DNA of 63,138 nt, the filler included, from Polymyxa betae A26-41 (Eukaryota > Protista > Endomyxa: Phytomyxea), in assembly GCA_003693705.1 (NCBI GenBank). It is 5 parts of 5 records of this genome, joined end to end, with 100 filler letters (N's around TTAATTAATTAA, not from the genome) between each part and the next. Parts side by side here need not be neighbours in the genome. Positions count along the whole stretch, not along the records: positions 1 to 13,289 come from RBZT01000811.1; 4 more parts are not named here. One strand, 5' to 3'. A program made the translations under genes and the position numbers. This document shows, in pieces, positions 1-12,321 of the stretch; the stretch's first letter is position 1, and each line of letters starts with the position of its first letter. The notes beneath the pieces were generated by a model. That model had not been told where the DNA came from, ran no database searches, and saw nothing but the letters and a program-made list of their open reading frames with translations.

Positions 1-233
1 GAGAAACGTATGAATTTTGGAGTTGATCGGAATGGTTGCGTGGAGGCCGCTCCTCGCCATTCATAGTAGGGAGACGAGGGGACCCGCGCAGTCCGTGACA
101 GTTCGGGCTCTTCCCCTATAGGAATCGTCAGCAGGGGCGCAGCCCTCTGTGCAGCCCCTCAGGAAGGGCCAGTACGACTGCCTGGTGGTCGGCTGGGCGG
201 CTGCGAGTACTGTCATGCTCAATGGGCATGACA
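1..233 (-). repeat. Partial LTR of a chromovirus-type Ty3/gypsy element
   Basis: 37-233 closely matches 47815-48002, which follows a polypurine tract and chromodomain tail on the minus strand; minus-strand start TGTCATG. Confidence 0.75.
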
Positions 234-283
234 TTGACCATTATTGTGGTCTCAGTTCCAGCCTCGCCCTTTCCCTCTCATCA

Positions 284-830
284 TTAGATGGCGATCAGCA
301 TTTGGATACCAGCAGAATTACTGAATTGACCGAGCAGAGTGCTGAAAACTTGCACCACCATGTCCTTTCCAACTTCCGCGTCGGTGAGAGTTTGGCTGGC
401 GGTCCCCGAGATCTGTTTCGATGCCAACGCTTTCAGTTTCTGACTGCAAAAATAATCAAATAATGAGCTCATACTTGTTAACTCTATATTACAGGTGTGC
501 TCGTTCATTTTCGTCGAATCGCAAGCCTCGCAGTGCCGAGTAGCCTTCCAATGGAACTCGTTCTCTGAGACAAGGAGCATGAAACATTGGGGTGGAAAAA
601 AGAAGACATTCATGACATACCAGTCGATCTGGAGCATGAAACATTGGGGTGGAAAAAAGAAGACATTCATGACATACCAGTCGATCCCTTCCAATCGGCT
701 TTGAATCCGGGTATTTGTTGCATCTTTGACGTTTTGTAGCAAGCGACCAGCCTTCAGCGCCTGATTATCGAAGATGAAGCGCTTTTATACACAGGCCCTA
801 CTGATCTATAAGCATTCGCATTGACTGTCT
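284..830 (-). pseudogene. Possible Tc1/IS630-like DDE transposase remnant
   Basis: Minus-strand FIFDNQ...FFPP...ENEFHWK loosely resembles the DN and PPxSPxLNPIENxW motifs; disrupted by a duplication. Confidence 0.3.
574..686. repeat. Tandem duplication, 57-bp period, 2 copies
   Basis: GGAGCATGAAACATTGGGG...CCAGTCGATC at 574-629 and 631-686. Confidence 0.95.
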
Positions 831-1769
831 TTCTTCATTCCTCTTGAGAGTATGACAATGATTCTGACAAGGAGAGCTCCATCTTGATATATATGATAGC
901 AGCGGTCTTGGTCATTAAACCCGAAGTGCAACCGGAACCGGCAATGCTCTAAATCTGGACGACCGCATAGTCCACATTAAACAAATCTTCGCTTCCTTAC
1001 GTCGCGATAAAGGCACGTCTGCCTCAAATACTCTGACAAATTAACTGCTGGTAAATGTTTTTTTCTGTGGTTTACACGTTCGGCAGATTGTGGCTTTTTG
1101 GATTTAGGTTTCTGTACGGGGTAGTATTTACAGAGTATTTTTCCACAAGTAAAGATAGTTACTGCCTCTTGAGGATGGTTAAACGTGATTTTAGCACAGT
1201 TGTTGGCCTTATGTGTAATTTTTCGACTGCAATGGCCCGACAGGGTTAGTCCCGTAGGAAGTCATCGAATCCGTGGATGCATTTTGGTATGTTGACAGTA
1301 ACAACCCGGATACGAGCTGTAAGGTGTGGAATGACGTCACTTTTTTTGCCGAGTGTTTTGACCGCGTTTAAGGTTTTTGAATTGGCCTGAAAGGATCGAT
1401 CACGGTATGATGGGGGATTTTGGAATTTTACAAAATATCAAGTTTGTGATCGTGATATCGCCGTTTCCGTTCACTTCGATCAATGTGAGGTCGTACCATT
1501 AGATGAGAGAAAAACTGAACATGTTTCGCGAGTTCCCGTAGGACACATCGTATATTTTAACTTTTCCGTTGTCGCTTTTTCTGCGTTGATTATCGCTTTT
1601 TGAAAGAGGAAGATGGACCGAATTCTCAACAACGCCCGCTTTGGGTTAAAAAGATCGTTAATAGCACCTGGAACACTTTCGTAAGATTCTGCAAAGAAAC
1701 CATGTCGGTGTCCACTACAGCAGGTTCTGGCCATGGTGGGCTGTAAGGTACGTTGATTGTTTGCAAATA

Positions 1770-1959
1770 GGCAATTTAATAGAGCTGACCAGTTAGATGC
1801 TGTCACTTCTCTTACCTTCGGGAGACAGTAAAATGTAGGGAGGCTGGATTTTGAGATCACCAGGAAGCGAAGCGCTTTAGTTGGAAGCTCTTTTCGAATT
1901 TTATAATAAACGTGAGTAGATTTCTGTGCTCCATTAAAAGCTGATCTGAGATGTGCCAT
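1770..1959 (-). pseudogene. Possible Penelope-like RT N-terminal fragment
   Basis: LPTFYCLPKV resembles the Penelope PxxYxLPKIHK motif; no RT core seen. Confidence 0.35.
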
Positions 1960-2405
1960 TGCTGGCAGTCGATAGAGCTGATAAACTCGTAGACATCAAC
2001 GTTGGATATATCGGAGTGAATGATCGAGATCGTTGTAGTGTTTGATATGAAGAGGAACAGGTCCCGAATTTTTATCCAATTGCACGATCGATTTTCAGAG
2101 GGTGAAGCTTTAGGAAATGTTCCGATCGATTCATTTTTTGGACCGCAATAATCATGGAAGATGAGCCAGTCATAATGCTCTCTTGTACGGTCCTTTTTCG
2201 GTTTTCAACCAGGTCGACAGCCTGTGTGTGGCCTTGATTTCTTCGACGTCGGATTCATCCATCATCATCAGACGTAGATCATCTTGTCTGCAATCGCTGT
2301 CGCTGCTGTCGTCAACAAGCTCGGACTGAAACTGTTGGCAGAAAGCAACCACAATAGATACGATTCTGACAATATGTCTACATGAACGAAATCACACCAA
2401 AGGTA

Positions 2406-2680
2406 TCAAGACATTCTGGCTGCTTTGTATTTTGCGCGATGCTTTGATAGCGCGCGTTTCAGTTTCGAGCATTTGATAAGTAGACGTTCGAGTGTTTCGC
2501 GCTTGTTTGAGCAAAATCGGCATTTGTTGTTGGATTCGATGCCCAAGTCTTCTAAATGGGCTTTACATCTGGTGTGACCCGCACGTGCTCGATTTAGTAG
2601 CGGTCTGTTTTGTTTAATTTTTGAAACTATTCTCTCGGGTCGCGTTTGCACGACATTTTTATCGTAGAACTTCTACATCG
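2406..2680 (-). pseudogene. Non-LTR retrotransposon ORF2 C-terminal zinc-knuckle fragment
   Basis: LNRARAGH...CRFCSNKRETLERLLIKC fits the RxGH / CxxC-x8-H-x4-C LINE C-terminus (His degenerate). Confidence 0.75.
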
Positions 2681-2959
2681 GAGTCTATTTTTCCGATTCT
2701 CTGTGCTTGCAATAATATATTCCGCAATGAAGAATTTATTATATTGAAAAACTCCAGCGTTATTCTGTAGTGCAAGAGCAGATATTGTTCCTGTCAAGTT
2801 GCAGTTATTTGTGTGCGACGAATCAGCAGTTTGCAAGATTCAACGCCATCAGGGTCTAAATATTTCTCTGAAATAATCGCATTAGGGGGCCAGAACTGTT
2901 GAACATTTCCTCTTCCGGACCATTGAAATAACGTTTGCTACAAGTAAATATTTAAACGA

Positions 2960-3312
2960 GCTCTTCTAATAGACGTTTATTCTCGAACACAGAGTAGAGA
3001 TGGTAATACAGATTACCAGATTTACTTTGACAGCGCTCTATTAAACAGAGTACGAACAGGACACACTCGAGCTCGATCACATTTACACACTCAAAAATTG
3101 AACCCAGCGATTTATGTCGACACTGCCATAGAAAGAGTGAAACTATTGAACATCAACTGCTGAAATGTAGCAAATTTCAAGATCAACTGAAAAAATATCG
3201 AAAAACATACAAATAAAATAAGATTGCTAACTTCAACGACGCGCTGTATACACAGGCCAAACTCATAGCAAAGTTTCTAGCAGAAGCATATTCTCATGGC
3301 TGTTACATTTAG
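2960..3312 (+). pseudogene. Non-LTR retrotransposon ORF2 C-terminal fragment
   Basis: Manual translation LNRVRTGHTRARSH...CRHCHRKSETIEHQLLKCSKF...CYI* with a frameshift and a stop; paralogous to 2406-2680. Confidence 0.8.
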
Positions 3313-4058
3313 CGACGCATGGTGAAAGCTGGGAATCCAGTAGGAGAGTAGTAGAATGGATAGGGTTTCGAGTCCCTGTTGGATTAGGCGGGTGCTATCT
3401 TACCTTATCGAGGCTCTCTTAGGTCCAGCATATTGGCCGCCAACGATCAAAAATTCTCAAAATGGGCGAAATATTGTCTCTGGAATCTATTTGGGCAATT
3501 TGCCAAAACTTTCCAGCCATGCGTTTTGGAAAGAGCGCCGCCTGTTGACCAGAAATCAGCGAGTAGTCGAATTCAATCCAATCCAATCCTACCGGTGAAT
3601 ATTGAAATGCAACAGTTCGTCTGTACTTGTGGGAGATCGAACTGTTTCAATCTGAAATAGAATAACTTTGGAAATATTGAAGTCGCAAGATCGAGTTGGC
3701 TTAGAGAATCTATCAAAGGAGATGTCACGATAATGTGGTGAAATGAGGTCTGCCCAATCCATTTATTAGAACCGAAAGAGAGGTAAAATCGATGACCAGG
3801 ATGAGACAATTGAATCACGCAGATTCCGGAGATGACTCATACATCCTTCTCATCAATAGATCCTGAAAATCTCATCCAAAAGGAAAAAATTTCTTTTCCA
3901 CGCGGGAATAATTATTTTTTATGTTTTCCTTTAAAATCAGATCCGGAATAGATACACTCTCGTGAGGAATGAGAAAATAATCCCAACTTGCGTATATTCG
4001 GGATCCTTGATAAATAGGGCTCCCAGACGGTGCCGGTGTTCAGAATATTCTGCCGTCT

Positions 4059-7000
4059 ATGGTTTGCGTTGGCGACGATTCCCCCCTGTCCGTATGCATA
4101 CCCATCCACGGAGTCCGAGAATCTGCGCTTCACGAGTCAGACGACAGACATTGGGGCTCCTCTTCGTCAATGACGGGATCGGCGATCTGTATCATCGTCG
4201 TGTATGCGCTGCTGCTAATACCGGGCTCGTCCAGCTCCGTCTCTAAGCGGCTTCGTGATCATGTAAGCTGCCCGATACTGCCGACGTCGTCTGTGGCGGA
4301 GCCCAAGGTTCATGTCCGTGTCCAAGCAGAGACCTCGGAGCCGGAATATCAAGACCAACTCGGCCATCCAATCGAATCTCCAAAATCTATCTTGCATGTA
4401 ACTTGGCATAATTTTCGTTGCAAAGCCGATTTTGATATGTTCTTAGGAATTCTATAGCAAGACTGATTGTGAAGACGATATGGTCCTGCCTACTAAATAT
4501 TTTCCAACAAGAAAATCTTCAAAAGTTGGTTTGTTTATTGTGTATTTTCAAGATCAAAATAGCATTTTAATCTGCGATTTTTCATTTTCTTTTTTCTCGT
4601 TTTCCGTCTATGTCTCTCTTATACTTACTGAATCATCGTGCAGCCGTCCAGACCCGAAGAGCGCTCCCGCCAGCAAGATCACCATCGTCTGTTAATCGTC
4701 ACCAATCGTCTGCCAATGTCTGTGGAGAAGAAGGGTGCTGTAGAATCGTGGCCCTGCTCGATGAGCTCTGGCGGGTTGGTCTCTGCATTGACCGCTGTCA
4801 CCAATACCGACATGATATGGATTGGTTGGCCTGGAGCTGAAATTTCCCATCCAGAAGAGCAACGGGTAGGGCTCATTGCTGCTAAATCGCTCTATTCTGA
4901 CTTTTTCTAAAGCTGATCTCGAAGAAATTGATGAAGAAATTCTACCATCCTGTGTTTTTAACCCAGCACATGATCGATATGTACTATAGCGGCTACTCAA
5001 ACGATGTGCTTTGGCCATTGTTTCATTATCTCATATTACCTACAGATCAGCTCAAGAAATCCGGCATGCTATTCGAAGTTTACGAAGCTGCTAATCGCAT
5101 GTTTGCCGAGGAAGTTTTAAATGTTGGAAGTTTTTCTCGAAGTTTTCGTATATTTATTCTGCCCTTTATAGGTTTATCGGCCCGGTGATTTTGTCTGGAT
5201 TCATGATTACCATTTGATGCTTCTTCCTGGGATGCTTCGCCGTGCTTGCCCTGATATGAAGATTGGATTCTTTCTACACACTCCCTTCCCTTCGTATGTC
5301 ACTCTCGTTCATGCATGCTGCATCTAATTGCTTTCAGATCGGAAGTTTTTCGCCTGCTTCCACAAAGAACAGGTAAGATTTTTTTGCGATATTTTCTGAA
5401 ACTTTTCGAATATTCATTCTTCCTTTAGTGCTTCTTCGTAGCTTGCTGTCATCCGACCTGATTGGGTTTCAAGTTTTTGATTACTGCAGGTAGGCAAGCG
5501 CCCTTTATTACAACACTATTTCTTATTGGTTCTGTCAGGCATTTCTCCAGTGCTTGTACTCGGCTATTACGGCTGGATTCCAGTCCATCCGGGACCCAAA
5601 ATCTGCCACCAATCGACGCCTTTCCTATTGGGATCGAGCCTCGCCGATTCATGGTATTTGCCATCACTTTCTGTCTATGTATTATTCACAAGCTTGTATC
5701 AGGATGCTCTATCAAGTCCGGACGTACAGCAGCACATCGCCGAGATTCGAAGACAGTTTCCCGGCCAGAAGATCATCATCGGAATTGATCGCCTCGACTA
5801 CGTCAAAGGCATCCCGCTTAAGATCGACGCATTCGAACATTTCTTAAAAGAGAATCGCCAATGGTATGTCAGGCTCTGCTACTGCTATATGACCTGATCA
5901 TTCTCCAAGGAGAGGCAAAGTCGTACTGGTCCAGATCGCCATCCCATCTCGAACTGAAGTTCCGGAATATCAAGTATCTTTCGCCCGATTTTTCGCTTTC
6001 CGTTTGTGACTATTGTACAGAAACTCGCTCGAGATATTCGCGAACAGGTCCGCCGTGTTAATGAAGGTTTCGTGTCGGATGGAGGTCCTCCAATACACTA
6101 TGTGGAGCAGTCGATCGTGTTCGCTCAGGTTCGGGATGCTCTCTATCGCTGTCGTGAAACGATTCTGATTGTATTCCAGCTGGCTGCGCTTTACACAGTA
6201 GCCGATATGTGCCTGATTACATCGCTACGAGATGGCATGAACTTGGTCTCATTCGAGTTTATAGCAAGCCAGACGCCGGCTCATGGAATCGGCGTGCTGA
6301 TGCTGAGCGAATTCTGTGGCGCCTCCCAATCACTCGGTATTGCTGCCTCACATGTCGCGACATTTTCATCATGCTGTCAACAGGCGCCGGCGCCATTGTA
6401 GTGAGTCCATGGGACATTCACGAAACCGCCAAATCTATCAAGTTTGCATTAGAAATGAGTCCCGCACAAAGAGAGGTTTCTATTCGATGTTGCTGTTGCT
6501 GTTGCACTGAAATGTTTCTCACAGGAGTATCATCGTTATGCTATGCAATATGTTGCTACGCATACAGCCCAGCATTGGGCCGAATCATTCATCGCGAAAC
6601 TGAATCTCGCCAAGAATGTCCCGTCCCCGCCTTTACCGCAAAGCCTGAACGTAGACGAGGTCGTCCGCGAATTCCGAAGGCGATCATCGTAAGCAAAATT
6701 CACTCAGTATCTGAGTTCGATCTAAATACAACCTTTTAGATCGCATAGAGTGATTGTCCTTGGCATGGTTGGAACTTTAACCCATCTTCGTTCAAGGTTA
6801 GTTCAATATTGTTTGGGTTTAGGGGTTTTTGATTTTGTAATAGTGGAATGACATTCCAAATGTACGAACGGTTCTTGAAATGCAATCCTCGTACGTTGGC
6901 CGCTCTCCGGAAGCTTGCTGAAGATAAGAATACCACGGTTGTGATTCTGACATCTCGTAAGCGAGCTGTGTGCGAATCCGTGCTGGGCAGTACGCCTGCA

Positions 7001-7895
7001 TGGGTCGCCGCAGAAAACGGTTTCTTCCTCAAAGCTGGTGTGGACGCGAAATGGGAGCCGCTGCAGGTAGTGATCAGTTTTCATCTGCTGAATGCGTTTC
7101 TTAAGTTTTATCACAGGAACCGCTGGATTGCTCGTGGATGGAAGAAGTTCAGAAAGTGTTCGATTATTTCACAGAACGAACACCCAGGTCTTTTACAGAA
7201 AACGTATCATCAATGGTTATTTTTTCGTTTTTTTTTAATGTTTCTCAGGAAGGTACGTCTATGACCTGGAACTACGAAGATTCTGATCCGCGATTTGCTG
7301 AATCGCAAGCCAGAGACCTAGTCATGCACCTGGTAGCAAATTCGCTCTGATAACTCCTTTCTCGTATTTGATTTCTTTATAAAGGTTGCAGGTCCACTTG
7401 TAAATACATCGACGGAGGTGATCGATGGCTGTAAACGTGTGCGGGTACGACCTGCTGGTTTCACAAAAGGTTGGTGTGCCTCCTACGTTGGGCTAATCTC
7501 TGATTACCTGTTTCAGGAGCCATGTGTAAACGCATATTTAATTTGATCCAAGCTCGGCATCAGGATATTGGATTCGTACTTTGTATCGGTGCATTCCTGA
7601 GTCGAGATGAAGATGTTTTTGAGGCCCTTTCTTATGGTTCATTTAATGAGGTCTGGATGATTGGCTTGATCTGACAACCCCACTGCTTAATTTGGTTTTC
7701 TAGAAGGAGATGCAAAGATTTCCTCCTTCAAAAAGAATGCCACAAGTTCGCTTGCCTGAACAGTGTTTTGTCACGACCGTTAATGTTGGCGGTAAAGCCG
7801 GCAAAGCACAGAAGTTTATCCGAAGCTCGTTGGAAGTTGAAAGCTTTCTGAGAAGTCTAGCCGAGACTCTTGGCTCGGATGGCACAACTGTTTAA
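4059..7895 (+). CDS. TPS1: Trehalose-6-phosphate synthase (GT20) fused to a degenerate HAD trehalose-phosphatase domain, about 21 exons
   Basis: Spliced GT-AG exons give [90 protein letters not shown], then [15 protein letters not shown] and RDEDVF; stop at 7893-7895. The start is uncertain (ATG 4059, 4170 or 4480). Confidence 0.93.
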
Positions 7896-8699
7896 ATAAG
7901 CTAATGAATATGTTTTGTGCCGAATTATGTTTGAAGCATTAGAAATTCGCGTCTAGCTAAAATTCGCAGTGCGCCGAGCAGCGGAGGGCTGCGCCCGCAT
8001 ATAAAAATGTGCGCACCATATTTCTCACAATTTTGTGCTCTTCTTTCTTTTTTCGAATACCGTACCGTAACCCGCAGAGGACATCTCAGAGTGGTCGATG
8101 GTGTCATCTATCGCGAAATTGGCAGAACATGAACCGTCACTTATCTTATTTTTCATCTAATTATGAGAAATTTCGAATAAGATCGCTACTGGAATTGATA
8201 TCACAAGAACAAGAATGAAAGCAAAGTGACGTCTCCATAAAATACTTGAATAAACATTGAAATTTTTTCTGAAAGAAAAGAGCTAGTGAACGGGCAGTTT
8301 ATTATGGAGATCCTAAAATTCCGGATACGACTGCCCAAGCGGAAGCTTACCATTGCTTTCTGAAGAATGTTTGCCAGTCTGGTAAAGGAAATCGCTACAT
8401 TATCCGGACTTTAATGTCAATTGCGGAGGATTACTGGATTATAGGCTCATTATATATACTAATAATTTTCTTAAATGTTCAGTTGAATAGAGAATTTTAA
8501 GGAACCAAAATGCTTAATCTCTGGAGCTGCCGAGTTGGATGTAAAGGCAATGTAAAAAGATTCAAGTCCGTTTTAAGAATGAGAATTGACCAAATGAACA
8601 ATTCCTTTTCTCTTCGAAAAACTATTTTTCCTGATTCGCAATGTCTGGTCCGAGTTGAATAATCATGTTGTATCGGATCAAAAATCTACTACTGACGGA

Positions 8700-10440
8700 C
8701 AGTGGCGGAGCCAGAGATTTTTCTCTGAGGGGGTCCATCGCAGAAAACCCAGTTATGATAGTGTGTATTTAAAAAAAAATTAAAGTGGACTTTTAACAGG
8801 CGTCTGGATTTTATATCGCAAAACAGAGATATCACTACATCTACAGCAATTCCGCGGGAAATGCCCTTTTCGATGTATAAATATTCATCTCGGAGACTGA
8901 AGTTCATCGGCCAAATAGTTCATGCTGTTGAGTCGCTCTACGCCAGTCCACACACTGCCTCCCCCAAGACAAGTTTAAAGGAAACTTGTGCAAATGGAAG
9001 ATAAACAGATCCGCTATGATATTGGAGCACCGGTAAAACCCACCCGAAAACCCTTTGGGATAAAAGTAGGTAGGCAAAAGGTATACTCACAATTATTATT
9101 CCTTGTTAAAAGAGAGATATTGCCCAAAATATAAAATTAAGTGCGTCTTTCAATAGAAATATATATACTGGCCAAAATGCTCTATCACAATGTCCGCACA
9201 TCTTAACAAAAGTCAATATCATACAATGCCCAGTGCGTAGTTAATAAATAACATTACAACTGGTCCCTTGGCCATGAGCAAGATTGTATGAACGCCAAGT
9301 CAAAATGCATCGTCAAAGTAACATTACAGTTTTAGCAGAACAGTATATACAGTAACATCATTGGATGCAACAGAGTGAGCAATACAATAATTGTAAAGTG
9401 ATCCATCAACAACAATTTGACAGAATCCAATTCAGAGAAAAACCCAATCCCCCGAGTTCCCGTAATGTTCTGATTTTTTTTCTATCTTTTTTTCATTGTG
9501 ACGTTCTTGGGAAATTAGGTGCGCACTTAGAATGAATGCTCGGAAGCGTCCGGCCTGACCTAAATTTTTAACTACGGATTAAATCTCAAATGACCTCTAT
9601 TGTCCACATGATATTAAAATCACTTTAATCTCTACCAGAGTTGTCTCAAACAGAATTGAGCTATGACCGTTATATGCGCCTGCGGCCGCAAATTGACATT
9701 CGTCTTCTGTCCAGATGACATTATATATTCGATAGCATGGCTATGGAATCGATCAGCTTTTAACTGACTATCCAGAAACGCCAACATGCTTTTTCATAGA
9801 AAATCGAGGCTTAACAGCTGTCGCCATTCCCTGATCTTAAGAATCTCTGAAACTTTACTTATAGCGATTAAACTTAACGCTTAAAATTAACAGTTTGTCG
9901 AGGAGCTAATGTCCTCAAGGTCAGTAAATATCCTTATCGAAAAGCTTACTGTAGATTCCGCCTCCTATACCACCATGCAATCTGAGCGAATCCAATCAAT
10001 GTAAATGCGTAATGCTTGCCAATGTCGGATGTCGAACTACAAAGATCCAAGATCATGTCGGACCTCTTCATGATCAGCACAAGTTTAATGATAAACTTGT
10101 CTTGGTGGAGGCAGTGTATGGGATCTTGGACTGGCGCTGAACGATTCGACTACATGAACAATATTGGATGATGATTGAATATGATGAATATATAAAGACA
10201 GACTATTTTAACCTTTATTAGGAAGATATCAATTGGATCTGAGTTCCAATAGCGGCTGGAACCACACAAAGATCTTTGTGTAAGCTCCAACCTTTTGATA
10301 ATTAAAGAAATAGAACTCTATTTTATATATCAGATAGTAGATCCCTTAAATATTGATCTTGGAGACTGAAGTTCATCGGCCAAATAGTTCATGCTGTTGA
10401 ATCGCGCTACGCCAGTCCAAACATCGTCTTCACAGGCGCA
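8700..10440 (-). mobile_element. hAT element end plus rearranged C-terminal dimerisation-domain fragments
   Basis: CAGTGGCGGAGCCAG terminus at 8700; minus-strand GVERLNSMNYL...LYIEKGISRGIAVDVVISLFCDIKSRRL resembles the hAT C-terminus; the fragment recurs at 10361-10419 (direct) and about 10093-10170 (inverted). Confidence 0.55.
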
Positions 10441-10599
10441 TTTAAATCTGCGCTTGTCAGTCGGTCACAGGCATGCATTGTTGTATAAAAACATCTGCTA
10501 CCTATGTACGCTGATTGCCAATGTTTAAACTTAAATAACTGTTTAAACATGTTTATATATGCTTAAACATTTAAACCCATGAGCAAGCAAAAAGTTCAG

Positions 10600-11830
10600 T
10601 GAAACGTCCTTTATGCCAGTCTGGCGAAAAGCGCGCGGTTCCTGTAGCCAGGTTGCGTCATTTCAATCCGGCCAGAGTGGTCGAACAACACCAGATGCTA
10701 ACTCAACTTCTTCGACCTCCAGTTCCTGCATTGTTTCAGCCGCCATCAAGTCGAGACCATAACGAAAACACATTTTGGGATTCATCCGCTGCTGATTGTT
10801 GTTCGGTCTGTCCGGCTTCAGTATCAGAGCCGCTTCCGTCTTCGGACTTGTTATCGGTATCCGTTTCATATGACGTCTCAATAACTATTACCAAAGAACC
10901 GCATAAAAATCTGACTTCGGATATTTGAATGAGGGATGTCAATAAGGTTTCCGGAAGTGATTGATAAAGCTTTCGTCATGAAGGGTGCAAAAACAGAGCC
11001 GACACGAAAAACGGTTGAACGTAATCTTCCCACCGTTTTTCAATGCATGCTCTCACGAAAGCTGATAAAGACGGTACTAGGTTCAAAAGAACATCAACCA
11101 TGGGGTTTTGATCTTGCTGTAACCGAAACGAAGACAGCGATAGGCTTCAATTTACCCATAACAATTTTGCTACTGCACCATACCAGAAGTCATCCGTCTG
11201 CAGTCTCTTCAGAACAATCGGGAAATCGGGTTTTCCGCCCAGCGCCAAAAAACATTCTCAGTGCAGTGCCTGCTGCATACGGATCAGCAGTGATTCTAGT
11301 AACTTGGCTATGGCAAGCCCGTCTTGACAATTCGATAGCACTGACGCATCGTAAGTCAAAATGCCTCCGTTCAGATTGAGCTGGACAGCCATGATATGCG
11401 ACCGAACAATGTTCTCCCGTGCATCCGTGAGAAAGTTAACACGTAAATCAGCGGATTGCTCAGTGCGAAGGGCGTTGATGTCGGCAGCGGAAGCTGCTGA
11501 ATTGTACGCACAAGAATTTTTCCTCCAAGATTACTGGGAAAATTTCTTGCACATTGTAAACTAGCAAACTCCGATAACCGCTACAGGCGACTGATAAAAG
11601 TTGCTGGCAGAATGTTTTTTCCGCTTGGAACTCCAACAGAAGATTGTAAAACGTAGTCATTTGATGAGTATCCAAAGGAGCCGGACAATATCATGAATTA
11701 ATTGTCGACCGGAGGTATCGCGTTGTTACTGCTAGATGGAGCCACGAAGCGGCAGTTGAGGTCGCAATTGATTGAGATTGAGGATCTAGCAGACATCGCC
11801 ACAGTTCCGAATGGAATGGCAGCGAAGGCA
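10600..11830 (-). pseudogene. Degraded hAT transposase
   Basis: Minus-strand HIMAVQLNL (CxAHxLNL-like) and RWEDYVQPFFVSALFLHP. Confidence 0.55.
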
Positions 11831-12093
11831 GCATAATGCTCACAATCGCGAGAATGAGATTTTAAAGGCAAACTTGCGCGCGCCCGATAATCTTCTGCGG
11901 CGGATCCACAGATTCCGGGTTTTGTTTGTGTGCGCGTTCACAGTTAGACGTTCAACTTGACAAAATGCAAAATGCCTTCCGATGCAGGGCGACCACCAGC
12001 TTGTTTTCAAGACGACATTGCAGCTTGATAAGAAAGAAGAAATAGCATTCCAAGAGACTGAGGTGATCCACGGACAGCGTTGCCCTTATAAAG

Positions 12094-12302
12094 TGTAACG
12101 GGCACTGCGAGGACCGTAACGCCACGGGGTTGCGCCGTCCCCGCCTTTCCCTCTGCGTCGGAGTCACGTACTGGGCCGACTCGGCGTTCCTGCCGGGCCT
12201 CGACCTGAGTATCATCCCAGCTTTTGAATTCATTCTCATAAAGAGTTCTTTAGTGTTGAACTGCAATTTATTAACGTCTGCACGCAAGCTTACCCGCTTA
12301 CA
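12094..12302 (+). repeat. Putative 5' LTR
   Basis: TGTAACG...GCTTACA termini directly upstream of gag-like ORFs. Confidence 0.55.
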
Positions 12303-12321
12303 TAACTAAAGAACTTAAGCT

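Noticed and set aside
100-135. Hammerhead-like CTGACGA...GAA on the minus strand of the LTR
   Set aside because: No GAAA, and no convincing stems I and III or cleavage triplet; the segment more likely contains a TATA-like box.
574-686. CRISPR-like array
   Set aside because: Two adjacent copies without spacers, in a eukaryotic context.
3320-3385. tRNA gene
   Set aside because: Only a T-arm-like hairpin; no cloverleaf could be built.
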